A model generated the notes under the pieces. The model searched no databases. It saw nothing but the letters and a program-made list of their open reading frames with translations, and was not told where the DNA came from. 64,000 bases of DNA. Source: Blastocatellia bacterium (lineage in GTDB: Bacteria; Acidobacteriota; Blastocatellia; UBA7656). Position 1 is the first letter of the stretch. Every line of letters begins with the position of its first letter. Positions 20,208 through 31,211 of this stretch are shown here, piece by piece. The stretch is from NCBI GenBank assembly GCA_963765495.1, contig CAVXWP010000009.1, positions 800,001-864,000 of the forward strand, written 5' to 3'. The position numbers and the translations under genes were made by a program.

Positions 20208-23200
20208 GTGAAAAGAGTTTCATCACTAAGAGGTTATTACCGTAAGGTGAGCAGCTTCTTTTTGCTCTTGGCTCTCTTGATCGGCCCCGGCTCTGCATTC
20301 ACAGTGCTGGCGTCGCAGGAGGTAAGCGGCAATATCGAAGGTACATTGAAAGACTCAAGTGGAGCGGTCATCCCCAATGCAGCCGTCTCTGCAACGAGCC
20401 CGCAGCGCACCTATAACGCAACCACCAATGACGAGGGCTATTACAGGTTTAACAACCTGCTGCCGGGCGTCTATACGGTCACGGCCAGCGGTACCGGCTT
20501 TGGCACGGTCAAGCGAGATGAAGTAACGGTCGAGCTTGGGCGCACGCTGCAAGTAAACTTTGAATTGAAGCCTGTTGCTTCGGGTGAGTCGGTCACTGTA
20601 ACCGCGTCAGACGAGCCAATCGTTGACATTACCTCGAGCAAAACGGCCACCAACATCAGCAAAGAGAAGATTGACATCCTGCCGAAAGCCAGCCTCAACT
20701 TCTCATCCGTGATTGATGTCGCTCCCGGCGCTCGCAACGAGCCTCGTTCGGGGCAGTTCCAGATTGACGGCGCGTCAGGCTCCGAGAACGTCTTTGTTAT
20801 CGACGGCGTCGAAGTCACTCGCGTCATCGGTGGTACGCTTGGCTCGACCAAGAACATACCCGTTGATTTCGTTCAGGAAGTTCAGATCAAGAGCGCCGGT
20901 TATGAAGCGGAATTCGGCGGCGCGACAGGCGGCGTTATCAACGTCGTGACAAAAGGCGGAACCAACGAGTTCCACGGCGAGGGTCGTCTTGGAGTACAGC
21001 TCCGACACCTTCCGCGCCGAAGACAACCCGACTCTGAGGATCGTTCCGTCCGACCCGACGGCGCAGACCTTTGAGTATTTCAATAATCCGAGCGGCAAGG
21101 ATGATACACGGTTCCTGAATCCGACCTTCCTGCTCAACGGACCGATCATCAAGGACAAGCTCTGGTTTTCAATCGGAGCCGCGCCCGAATACACCAAGAC
21201 GACCCGACTGGTTCGCCAACTCACTCCCGTCATCTCGGGTGATCCCACAAGAACTCTGATCAATTCACGCCCGATTACCCAGAGAGTGCGCAACGATTAC
21301 AACATCGTTCGTCTTGACTGCCTCGCCGTCGAGCAAGCTGTCGGTTTACGGCAACTTCATTCACACTCCTTTGAAGACCGAAGGGATCTTGAACTTCGGC
21401 TCTTTCACTTCCGGGTTCGATACAACAAGCGCTACTACGCTTACCGAATCCGCGTTATGATTTCCAGGGCGGTTACACCCCTGCATGGCAGGCTTCTTTT
21501 GGCGCGAACTATAGCGTCACCCCGCACCTGATCGTCGCTTTCCGAGGCGGCCACACATACTTTAATGACAAGGGCGGCAGCTATGACATCCCGGTCAATA
21601 CGCCGAACCTGATCATCAGCGTTCCGTGCACTTCGACCAGCAACAATGCCGGCCCGTCCAACTGCACGCCGTTTACGACCTGCAACCGGTGCGAGCATCG
21701 TCACAAACCAGACGACCTCGTTCGACATCACTCGTCGTACGAACCTCAACTTTGACGCCACCTACATCGGTCGCTTGCTCAATCAGCAGCACACGATCAA
21801 GGGCGGCTACCAGACAAACAGGATCAGCAATGATGTTTTGTTCGGTTTTTCAGGTGGCAGATTCCAGTTCGTCTTCGGACGAGCCAGACCCAGCGGACCG
21901 AGGTACCTACGGATATTACGTTGCTGACGAGTTTGCGCGTTCAGGGTAAGGTCAGCAGCAGCAACCAGGGCTTCTTTATTCAGGACTCCTGGCAGGTTCA
22001 TCCGCGTCTAACTCTGAACCTCGGTCTGCGCGTCGAGAGTGAATTCCTTCCTTCGTTCCCGATTGACCGCGCCGGTCACCCGGATATTCCCGAAGGTCAT
22101 CGAAGCCTCAACCAAGCCGATTGATTTCGGATGGGGCGACAAGATTGCTCCGCGTATCGGCGGCGCGCTTGACGTTTTCGGCGATGGCCGATTGAAGATT
22201 TCCGGCAGCTACTCGGTATTCTTTGACACGATGAAGTACAACCTGCCGCGCGGTTCGTTCGGCGGCGAAATCTTCCTCCGCACTTTCCGCGAACTGAATA
22301 CGGCTGATGTCTCGGGAATCAGTCTCACGAATCAGCCCGGCAGAATCATTTCGAAGGTCCGGCAGACCTTCGCTTCCCGGCCAACGTCAATCTGCCCGGC
22401 GAGCGTCCCGGCATCGACCCGGACCTCAAACCGTATCGCGAGCACGAGTTCTCTTTTGCCGGCGATTACACTTTCGGTCGCGACCTCGTTGTCGGCGCGC
22501 ATTTCACCCGCAAGGTGCTTGATCGCGCAATCGAAGACATAGGCGGCGTCGACCCGGTAACGGGAACCGAATTCTTCACAATCGGCAACCCCGGTCGCGG
22601 GATTGCCGTGGATGCATTCGATCCTCCGACACCGGATGCGATTCGTGAATACACCGGATTAGAGCTTCGCGTTGACAAACGCTTCTCGAATCACTACTAC
22701 TTCAATGGTTCTTACCTGCACAGCAAGCTGTATGGTAACTACTCCGGTCTTGCAAGCTCGGACGAAAATGGTCGTACGGACCCGAACGTCAACCGCTACT
22801 TCGATCTGCCGTTCCTGAACTTCAACACGGATGGCTCGGTGCAAAAGGGTCGCCTGGCGACAGACCGCCCGAACACCTTCAAGTTCTTTGGTGGCTACCG
22901 TGGAGATTTCAACCTGTTCGGTAAAGGCATGAGCTTTGACGTAGGCATTGGCGAGCGCATTTATCAGGGTATCCCGCTCTCGACAGAAGTTCCGACATGG
23001 TTGAAGCCGGAAGCGGCGCGGCGGCATTTCTTGCCGGACGTGGCGATGTCGGTCGGACCCCCTGGTTTACGCAGACCGACGTGCTCTATACCCACTATAT
23101 AAACGTGAGCGAAAATGTGAAGCTTCTGTTCCGCATCAACGTGAACAACCTGTGGGATGAGCGCAATGCGACGGATCAGTTCCGCACCCTGCTCGGACCC

Positions 23201-23362
23201 GGCCAATCGCTGTTCTACCCGGATCTTGCGACCTTTACATCGGGTCAGGATTTCCGGCAGCGGATTGCCGACCAGCATCTGGTCACAGACCCGCGCTTCC
23301 TCCAGCCGAACGTCTTCCAGACACCGCGTGAGGCGAGGATCGCTTTCGGAGTCAAGTTCTAG
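20208..23362 (+). pseudogene. Second Oar-like TonB-dependent receptor, broken by ~9 frameshifts (pseudogene or sequencing errors)
   Basis: Consecutive ORF fragments in shifting frames are collinear with 13960-17073, from the signal peptide to the C-terminal FGVKF. Confidence 0.85.
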
Positions 23363-23395
23363 TACTGAATCTCAGCACAAGAACTCTTCTTGTCG

Positions 23396-23425
23396 GCCCG
23401 TCCTCGAAAGGGGACGGGCTTTTTT
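23396..23425 (+). terminator. Intrinsic terminator
   Basis: gcccgtcc-tcgaaag-ggacgggc followed by tttttt. Confidence 0.85.
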
Positions 23426-23523
23426 GGGTCTGTAGTAGACCTCAATCAAGTAGACAGGGGATTTCAGGCGAGGCTTTCACTGTCTGAAGGTGTTTATGCT
23501 GAAGAATTACTGTGTGGAAAGGT

Positions 23524-24585
23524 TTATGATCTGGCCTTCTGTCTCATTTGATCGAGGACTTTTTTATACCGTTCGCGTAACTGCGTTTCGGCTTCGGGAT
23601 TGAGCTTGATATAGGTTTCCAAGGCGCTGACCGCTTCCTTATATCGTTCCTTCTCGGCATAAAGCTTTGCCAGATAGAGATAAGCGTCTGGAACCTGCTT
23701 TCCGGCCAATGCTGCCACTTTCTCGAAAGATTTTAGGGCTTCTGCATAGGTCTCCTTGTTATTGACTAAAATCATCCCCAATCGCATATTGGCATTGATC
23801 GAATTGGGATTTATTTCAATCGCCCGGCGCAGCGCCTTGACCCCCTCATCCGCCTGTTTAAGCTCAACACGCGCAACCCCAAGATAGTAATAGCTGGGCC
23901 AGGCATTTTTGTTGATTTCTGTAGCGTGCTCAAGTATCGGCACTGCCGAGTTGAAATCGTGTCGTCTCACGTATTCTGAACCGAGTTGCTCAAGAGCGTC
24001 ATAGTAATCCGGGAACAACTCAAGGGCCTGTTTCAGCGATTCAATCCCCCTATCGGCATCGTTCTCTTCTATGCTTTTTATGCCGGCGGCATATGCTCTC
24101 CTTGCCGCCTCGGGCACTTCCTGATAAAAGACGGCTTCGCTTGATCTCGCAGTAGCGCCACTCTTTTCATCGCCCGGCAGTCTTCTCGGCTTCAGTATAA
24201 AATCCGTGCGGAATATCTCTCCGCCTCTCCCGCCGCTCCGGCCATTTATGGCCACGGCTTCGATTCGTTGTGATTGTCGCTCGTACATGCCATCGGTCGG
24301 GTCTACCAGGATATTGTAAGTGCCTGATGCGACTCCCCTGAAGGTGAAGCGCCCGGAACCATCCGTATAAACAGTGGCGATTTCAGAGTATGCATCGTTT
24401 TGGAGAAAGACGCGCGCGTTGACTATCGGGCGGCGTTCAGGCGTCATGACCTGCCCGTCAATTGTGTTTCGCGCTTGAGCGATTGCGCCCACGGAAAAGA
24501 ACTGTCCGCCCGCAAATACCATAGCGATAAACAATGATGTAATCACGTGCTGTACCTCCCGCAAAGCGATTGATTTGAACGGCAT
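23524..24585 (-). CDS. Exported carboxypeptidase-regulatory domain + TPR protein, paralog 3
   Basis: TIDGQV..YTDGSGRFTF..GGEIFRTDF; TPRs (FPDYYDALE, NPNSINANMRLG). Confidence 0.85.
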   Translation of the reverse strand: MPFKSIALREVQHVITSLFIAMVFAGGQFFSVGAIAQARNTIDGQVMTPERRPIVNARVFLQNDAYSEIATVYTDGSGRFTFRGVASGTYNILVDPTDGMYERQSQRIEAVAINGRSGGRGGEIFRTDFILKPRRLPGDEKSGATARSSEAVFYQEVPEAARRAYAAGIKSIEENDADRGIESLKQALELFPDYYDALEQLGSEYVRRHDFNSAVPILEHATEINKNAWPSYYYLGVARVELKQADEGVKALRRAIEINPNSINANMRLGMILVNNKETYAEALKSFEKVAALAGKQVPDAYLYLAKLYAEKERYKEAVSALETYIKLNPEAETQLRERYKKVLDQMRQKARS

Positions 24586-24802
24586 CTGATCTGTGCGACG
24601 GGCGGCCTGATCCTCAAGACCGGCTTTATCTCGTCATCTATGTCGGATTTCAAAGATAAGGCAAGACCTGTTTTTGCCGCGAACTCAGTATTGGAAGAAA
24701 GATCATTCTAGCAGAAAAGGAAGCAATCACTCTACACTGTATTGCGCAAACCGCACGGTCATCACTCTCCTGCTTTTTAATTCGTATCGGCGCGGGTGAA
24801 AC

Positions 24803-26758
24803 TCAACCTTGAGAAGATTCTCCCTTGAGCCGGGCGCGCAGTGTTTCAAGATGCTGGGTCTCTCTTGCCGCGTCCGGCGCGTTCGGTTGTAGTTGCAAGT
24901 ACCGGCTCAATTGCTCTACGGCTTCCTGCACTCGCCCCCTATCGGAATAAGCATAGGCCAGAAACTTATAGGTCTCGGCGTATTCGGGCTCTTGCTGCCG
25001 CGCGATTTCGAGAAAACGTATGCCGTTTTGCGCGTCGCCCTCCTTGATATAGGTCGCGCCCATGTGAAAGTTGCTTATGAACAGGTCGGGCTGAATCGCC
25101 AGCGCGCGCGCGAAAAAAGCGCGTGCGCGTGCATAGTTCTTCAATTCGGTATCGAAGGTATAGACGTGTCCGAGCGTATCCCACAGCGCCGGAGATCTAT
25201 CATTCAGGCTCAGGCCCTTCTCAGCCAACTCGATGGCCCGGTCGAGATGCGAGCGATCTTTCGTTTGCGTGTACACCTCGATATGCGCCGGGGGCAGATT
25301 GGTCAAAACTATATAGTTGCTTGGATCAATCTCCAGACATTTTTCAAGTTCTTCAACGGCTTTGTCATATCGTTTCTCTTTTATGTATTTGTGGCCGAGT
25401 ATGTAGTGAGGCATTAGCTGTTCGTCCGCCACCTCCAGACCGTGGGTATAAAGCGCCATATCATCCTTCCATACAGGATTCTGGGCGAGGGATTTCCCGG
25501 TCATTAAGAGGCAGATGATTGCTACGATTCCCGCCTGTGCAACCTTGCGATTGCCGATGGAAAACCATTCTTCAAACGGCACTTTCACAAGCGCCAGAGC
25601 TATCAGTAAAGAAAACCCGATTGAAGGCAAATAGACGTAACGCTCCTGCACCATGAAGGCTTCGGCGAAGGCGCGAAGATTCAACACAGGCAGCAGGTGG
25701 ATTGCAAACCACAGCAGGCCGAATCGAGCGATCTGTGATCTTCGCAAAGGCCACATCCCGAGCGTGAGTGCGATCAGCCCGACGGCGGGCAAAATGAAAC
25801 GCGCGCTCAACGCGCTTTGAACCATAGGCGTTTCATGGAATAAAGAAAGATCAACAGGCCAGAACAAAAGCCCCAGATACTTGCAGATTACCAGAGGAAT
25901 TGTCAGCACAACTTCCAGGTTAGTGCCGTGCGTAAATGAACCGTCATTGAGCCAGAACCCTAAAGCGTTGCGCCTACAGACGAGGTAGAATGCTATGGGC
26001 ACTATGAATATCGCCGCATTGATCGCCGACTGTTTTATCCGCTCCAGAAGAGGCTTTTCCAGATTGATGACGAATATTTCGTAGGCCGCGATGAAGATCG
26101 GAAGAGAGATGGCCGACTCTTTTGTGAAGGCCGCCAGCAGGAAAAAACCAAACGCTCCCGCCAGATATTTCGATCCCCCTTTTTCGCGATAGATCATGTA
26201 GAGATAAAATGCCGCCAGCATAAATACAGCGAGCAGAGGATCGCTGATGCCGCAAAGCCAGGCTATTGATTCGCTCCGCAAAGGGTGAACTGCGAACAAG
26301 ACCGCCGCAATCGCCGTCATCTTCAGGTCGCCCGTGATTCTTTCAAGTATCAGGAATGCCAGATAAACGACCAGCAGATGGACGAGTATATTGGCTACGT
26401 GCCAGCCGAACGGGTGGTCTTCAAACATCCACCAGCAGACCATCTGGTAAACCGCAAACACCGGGCGGTAATATGCCGAAGTGGGGCCTGTGTCTTTGTT
26501 CGGATCCTTGTCCTGAAGCACACGGTAAAACCATAGCTCTTTTGTGAATACCGTGGGTATATTGGAAAAGTTGCGAACGAGTTTATTTTCAAGGATAAAA
26601 GTATTGTCGTCGTAGGCGAATTGATTAAAGACCGAGTTTGAGAATGCCAGAAACGTGATGCCAAGTATTATCCCTATCACCCATCGCCGTGTAGTATGTG
26701 ACTCTGAAACGGCGTGCCGACGTTCCTTCTTTGTGCGCACGCGACTCTTCTTGCCCAT
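24803..26758 (-). CDS. TMTC-like GT-C membrane glycosyltransferase with C-terminal TPRs
   Basis: Motifs FAYDD, YYRPV, HVANILVH, AVHPLRSESIAW, TKESA, ERYVYLPS, WKDD; ~11 TM helices followed by TPRs. Confidence 0.8.
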   Translation of the reverse strand: MGKKSRVRTKKERRHAVSESHTTRRWVIGIILGITFLAFSNSVFNQFAYDDNTFILENKLVRNFSNIPTVFTKELWFYRVLQDKDPNKDTGPTSAYYRPVFAVYQMVCWWMFEDHPFGWHVANILVHLLVVYLAFLILERITGDLKMTAIAAVLFAVHPLRSESIAWLCGISDPLLAVFMLAAFYLYMIYREKGGSKYLAGAFGFFLLAAFTKESAISLPIFIAAYEIFVINLEKPLLERIKQSAINAAIFIVPIAFYLVCRRNALGFWLNDGSFTHGTNLEVVLTIPLVICKYLGLLFWPVDLSLFHETPMVQSALSARFILPAVGLIALTLGMWPLRRSQIARFGLLWFAIHLLPVLNLRAFAEAFMVQERYVYLPSIGFSLLIALALVKVPFEEWFSIGNRKVAQAGIVAIICLLMTGKSLAQNPVWKDDMALYTHGLEVADEQLMPHYILGHKYIKEKRYDKAVEELEKCLEIDPSNYIVLTNLPPAHIEVYTQTKDRSHLDRAIELAEKGLSLNDRSPALWDTLGHVYTFDTELKNYARARAFFARALAIQPDLFISNFHMGATYIKEGDAQNGIRFLEIARQQEPEYAETYKFLAYAYSDRGRVQEAVEQLSRYLQLQPNAPDAARETQHLETLRARLKGESSQG

Positions 26759-27216
26759 TTGATACCTGTATTTGAAGTGATGTTAATTAATTCCCTAAAT
26801 TCACTTGCCCTGGTAATTTATTGTGCGGGAAATGTTATCGCAGCCTATGAGGGGTGTCAAATGGGTGGAATACGTATGCCTCGCGTTTATGGTTGAATGA
26901 AATTTCCTCAACGATCTTGCCGGGAGCTGAGCTTTGGATGGGACGCTACTTGACGAAACTGCTCCCGGCTAAGTAGAGTAAGGCGCACAGCAGGAATAGG
27001 ACTGATAGAGCCTGTTTCATAATTCTGAGCGTCCTTTCGAATGCTAAAACCGAGAGTCGTTATGGACAGTTTTTAGAAACGAATGCATTGCTCCTCATCG
27101 GGCAGTGGAATTCCTGATCTGAAAATGCAAGAGTCTGTGGCAGGGCTCGCCGAGAAAACAGACCCGTTGCATCGGTGAAGTATGATCAATCGGGGTAATC
27201 AAGGGGTAGTTCCTTA

Positions 27217-27966
27217 ATGAACATCAATGAGTATGAAGAGATGTACAGGCTTGAGAATTTTTACTGGTGGTTTGTCGCCCGCCGAAAGTTGCTCAGACAA
27301 TTAATCACGGAGATTGTCGGCAAACTCGATAAACCCGCTATTTTGGATGTAGGTTGTGGGACCGGCATGAATTTTTCGATCCTCTCACAATTTGGAAATA
27401 CCTTCAGCAGCGACGCATCGGAAGAGGCGCTTAAATTCTGCAAGTCGCGATCCATGAACGGCCTTGTTTGTTCCCGATCCGAAGCGCTTCCTTTTTCCTC
27501 AGAGAGCTTCGATATAATAACCGCGCTCGATGTGCTGGAGCATATTGATGACGATCTGAAGGCGATGGGAGAGTTGCGGCGCATCATGAAGAGCGAAGGG
27601 AGGCTGGTCATTACGGTTCCCGCTCACGGGTTTCTCTGGAGCGAACACGACGAAGCGCTGCATCACAGACGCCGCTACTCGGCTTCCGAACTCAGAAACA
27701 AACTGGTTGCTTCGGGCTTTAAGGTAGAGCAGATGAGCTACTACATAACGATTCTCTTTTTCCCGATTCTCGTCATGCGTTTCCTTCAAAGCCTGCGAAA
27801 GAATTCAATCTATCCTAAGACATCTCACATCATCTTGCCGGGCTGGCTAAATTCTTTTCTGATAGGTCTGCTCGATTTCGAACGGATATTGCTCAAGTGG
27901 ATTCGCCTTCCAATCGGCGTCTCGATAGTCTGCCTCGCAAGAAAAAGCGACGACCATTCTTCCTGA
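27217..27966 (+). CDS. Class I SAM-dependent methyltransferase
   Basis: Motifs ILDVGCGTG, DVLEHIDDD, ITVPA..WSEHDEALHHRRRY. Confidence 0.88.
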   Translation: MNINEYEEMYRLENFYWWFVARRKLLRQLITEIVGKLDKPAILDVGCGTGMNFSILSQFGNTFSSDASEEALKFCKSRSMNGLVCSRSEALPFSSESFDIITALDVLEHIDDDLKAMGELRRIMKSEGRLVITVPAHGFLWSEHDEALHHRRRYSASELRNKLVASGFKVEQMSYYITILFFPILVMRFLQSLRKNSIYPKTSHIILPGWLNSFLIGLLDFERILLKWIRLPIGVSIVCLARKSDDHSS

Positions 27967-28211
27967 ATCCAACCGAGGACAATTTTGAGCCGCTATTGGC
28001 CCCTCCTGCCGCCTTATCGCCCTGCCTTCGACCAGCAAAAGGCGGGGAGAGAAGCCTCCTGCATTTGATTTGAAAAGCCGCCTTTTTGGGATTAAAGTGG
28101 CCTTATATTGCTTACTTGAGCGAAGCGGACTGCTTGTGAAGGTTCCAGAGCATTGTTTATCAGAGCATTGTTTAAACGGTCTGGCGTGCCGGACCCCACG
28201 AAAGGCCAACG

Positions 28212-29708
28212 ATGAATATCTTACTTTTATCAATGCCCGACTCATTCGAGCACATGCCGACAGTCGCCATAAGAATGCCCAACGGAGCGCTCGCCTCACT
28301 TGCCGGCAACATAGACGCGCATCATAGAGTCGCAATCGCAGACCTCGTGCTTGCCCAACGAAATGTGCGCGAGACCGTCGAGCGGCTTGTGCGCGAGACC
28401 CGACCCGACCTCCTCGGGCTTTCGATCATGTCGTTTCAGCGCAAGACCGCCAAAAAGATCATAGATTTTGTGCGCTCGATCAGTCCCGGTCTGCGCGTAG
28501 TCGTGGGCGGGTATGATCCGAGCCTTGCCGCCGAAGCCTATACCGATCAGGGTTCCGGCGAGGTCGATTTTATAGTGCGCGGCGAAGGCGAGATCACCTT
28601 TCGCGAGCTTTTGCGCGCTGTGGAAAATGAAAGCGGGTTTGATCATATTCAGGGTCTCTCATACAGAAGCGGCGACCGCTTTTATCACAACCCGGAACGC
28701 GCGGTAAGTTCACTTGAAGGCGCGGAGATTCGCCTGCCCAACCGCGCATCTCGCGTGCTTCATGGCTACACTATGCTTGGCCGACAGGTCGATGTGATAG
28801 AGACCTCGCGTGGCTGCACCTTTGATTGCAGTTTCTGTTCGATCATCGAGATGCACGGACGTAATTTTCACACCTATTCTTTTGATCGCGTAATCGCCGA
28901 CATACGCGATGCCTGTGCGCACGGCGCGCGCTCGATCTTTATCGTGGACGACAACATAACGCTCAACGTGCGGAGGTTCGAAGCCCTTTGCGAGGCGATC
29001 ATCGAAGCCGGGCTGAATCACATCGATTACATCGTGCAGGGGATGACTTCGGCAATCGCCAACCACGGCGAAACACTCGCCCCGTTGATGCGAAAAGCAG
29101 GATTTCGATATGTCTTTCTCGGCATCGAAAACATACTCGAAGATGATCTTCAGTTCCTGCGCGCAAGCTCGAAAAACAGCAAACGCGAGCAGGGGCACAG
29201 GACGGGCAACGCGACCTTGCAGGCCATAGAGTATCTCCACCGGAACAAGATGTATGTCGTCGGCGGGTTGATAGTGGGAAACCCGGACGACACCCGCCAG
29301 TCCATCGAAGCCAATCTGAAATTCGCCCGGCGCTATATTGACTGGCCTTACATCCAGCACCCGACGCCTTATCCCCGCACTCCTATGACGAAAGAGTTTC
29401 GAGACCGTGGATTGATAATCAATGAAAACCTTGAAGAGTACGACGGGACCACGGCAGTTGTAAAAAGCGAGCACCTGTCGGCCGAAGAGATCGAATTCAT
29501 GCGGTGGAAAGAGGATCGCTGGATGAAGGTGCGCCACATGCCCGTAGCGCTCTTTCACGACCCGGTCTTTGTCTTAAAGAACGCGCCGCAGATGTTTGCG
29601 CATACTTTCCGTGGCAGTACGATCAAGACCGTGATCGGGCTTGAAGACGAGCGCAAGGCATTCGAGCGATACCGCGCCCTCAGAAAAGCCGAGAGAGCCT
29701 ATATCTGA
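28212..29708 (+). CDS. Cobalamin-binding radical SAM protein
   Basis: B12-binding domain (VVVGGYDPS..VRGEGE); ETSRGCTFDCSFC; VDDN; GIE. Confidence 0.9.
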   Translation: MNILLLSMPDSFEHMPTVAIRMPNGALASLAGNIDAHHRVAIADLVLAQRNVRETVERLVRETRPDLLGLSIMSFQRKTAKKIIDFVRSISPGLRVVVGGYDPSLAAEAYTDQGSGEVDFIVRGEGEITFRELLRAVENESGFDHIQGLSYRSGDRFYHNPERAVSSLEGAEIRLPNRASRVLHGYTMLGRQVDVIETSRGCTFDCSFCSIIEMHGRNFHTYSFDRVIADIRDACAHGARSIFIVDDNITLNVRRFEALCEAIIEAGLNHIDYIVQGMTSAIANHGETLAPLMRKAGFRYVFLGIENILEDDLQFLRASSKNSKREQGHRTGNATLQAIEYLHRNKMYVVGGLIVGNPDDTRQSIEANLKFARRYIDWPYIQHPTPYPRTPMTKEFRDRGLIINENLEEYDGTTAVVKSEHLSAEEIEFMRWKEDRWMKVRHMPVALFHDPVFVLKNAPQMFAHTFRGSTIKTVIGLEDERKAFERYRALRKAERAYI

Positions 29709-29724
29709 CAGAGATCAAACCGGG

Positions 29725-30993
29725 CTATTTTATCTTGATTACCGAGATTGTGAGGTCGTCTTCGGGGCCGCCCGCCTCCGATGAGAATTCCCGCACCGCG
29801 TTTACGACAGCCTGGCAGATTTCGTGTGCGCGGAGGCTGGCTGTTTCACGCACGACCCGTTCCAGCCCCTCGATCTCGAATGCCTCGTCGCGTTCGTTTG
29901 CGGCTTCGGTCACGCCGTCGGTGTAGAGCACGAGTATGTCGCCCGACTGGAAGTCTACGACCGATTCCGAGTAATGGGAGTCTTCAAATATGCCGAGCGG
30001 GAGGCCCCCGTCTTTAAGCAGCTTGCTTGTCGAGTCGGCGCGCAGGAGCAGGGGCGGATTGTGACCCGCGTTGATGTAGAGCAGTCGTCTGTTGTCCGGG
30101 TCTATCAACCCATAAAAAGTAGTGATATAGCGATCACCTGCCGTAGTCTCGTAGATCAGGCGATTCACCCGCGCCATCACAACTCGCATGGCCAGTTCGT
30201 TCATCACAGTGGCGTGAATGTATGCCCGGAAAGTGACCATTATGAGCGCCGCCGCAAGCCCCTTGCCCGAAACATCCGATATCAATATGCCGAGTCTCTC
30301 CGAGACCGAATCTATAAAATCGAAATAATCGCCCCCGACTTCGCGCACAGGAATCGTGGTGCCCGCGATGTCGAATCCTTTTATGAGTGGAAAGGCACGC
30401 GGCAGCAGGCTTTCGACCACCTTGCGCGCAAGCTCGATCTCGCTTTCGGCCCGCCTTTGCCGCATAACCTGACGATAAAGCATGGTGTGGTCGATTGCAG
30501 AAGCGGCCAGAGAAGCAAACATCGTGAGGAGTTCAAGGTCGCGCTCGTCATAGCAATTGATCCTGTCGGATTCCAGATTTATAGCGCCTATGACTTTACC
30601 GTCGGCCCGAATGATGGGGGCGGCGATCTCGGAAAGAGTTTCGGCGCGGGCCTTGACGTAGCGCTTGTCACGCTTTACATCGTTTACCACCTCTCCCGTG
30701 CCGTGCTCTATCACCCAGCGGATTATGCCGCTCGGAGAGGCGAGATAATCTTCGACTATGGCCGAGGGGGGATAGCCGCGAGCCTTCAATTCATAAACGG
30801 CCTCGGTCTTTGAATCCACGAGGCAGACGACCGCCGCCGAATACTCCATCAACTCTTCCAGAGAATCGAATATAGTTTCGGTCACTTCATCGATATCGGG
30901 CGAGGAACTGATTTTTCGCACCGCCTGAATGAGCGTTTCGATCCTCTTTTCGGTCACAGCCATCTGTGTAGTCTCAACTCTGCCTGCGGTCAT
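29725..30993 (-). CDS. GAF + SpoIIE (PP2C, RsbU-like) phosphatase
   Basis: GAF domain (SEIAAPI..IGAINLES); VGGDYFD, DVSGKG, NAGHNPP, YTDGVTE, DDLT. Confidence 0.92.
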   Translation of the reverse strand: MTAGRVETTQMAVTEKRIETLIQAVRKISSSPDIDEVTETIFDSLEELMEYSAAVVCLVDSKTEAVYELKARGYPPSAIVEDYLASPSGIIRWVIEHGTGEVVNDVKRDKRYVKARAETLSEIAAPIIRADGKVIGAINLESDRINCYDERDLELLTMFASLAASAIDHTMLYRQVMRQRRAESEIELARKVVESLLPRAFPLIKGFDIAGTTIPVREVGGDYFDFIDSVSERLGILISDVSGKGLAAALIMVTFRAYIHATVMNELAMRVVMARVNRLIYETTAGDRYITTFYGLIDPDNRRLLYINAGHNPPLLLRADSTSKLLKDGGLPLGIFEDSHYSESVVDFQSGDILVLYTDGVTEAANERDEAFEIEGLERVVRETASLRAHEICQAVVNAVREFSSEAGGPEDDLTISVIKIK

Positions 30994-31211
30994 AATCGCA
31001 AAACAAATATGCTAGATGCTTGCGCCCGTAATAGCAAGAGAAGACCTGCATGATTTTTGTCGGTGGTAATCTAATTTGCCTCTCGCTTGAAAAGGAGTAT
31101 AATCGCCCTGAACGGGGTGTTAATTTTAAGAATAAAGTTTTAACCGTCTCAGCCCTGCTGATGTTGGAGACACAAGAGAAAATCCCGGCGGGCTTTGCAA
31201 GAGGAGGGCGT

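Noticed and set aside
27006-27080. TAGAGCCTGTTTCATAATT resembling an IS end
   Set aside because: No convincing partner inverted repeat, TSD or transposase remnant was found.
28212-29708. B12 radical SAM plus methyltransferase as a RiPP cluster
   Set aside because: No precursor peptide, transporter or protease was identified, and the two genes are 245 bp apart.
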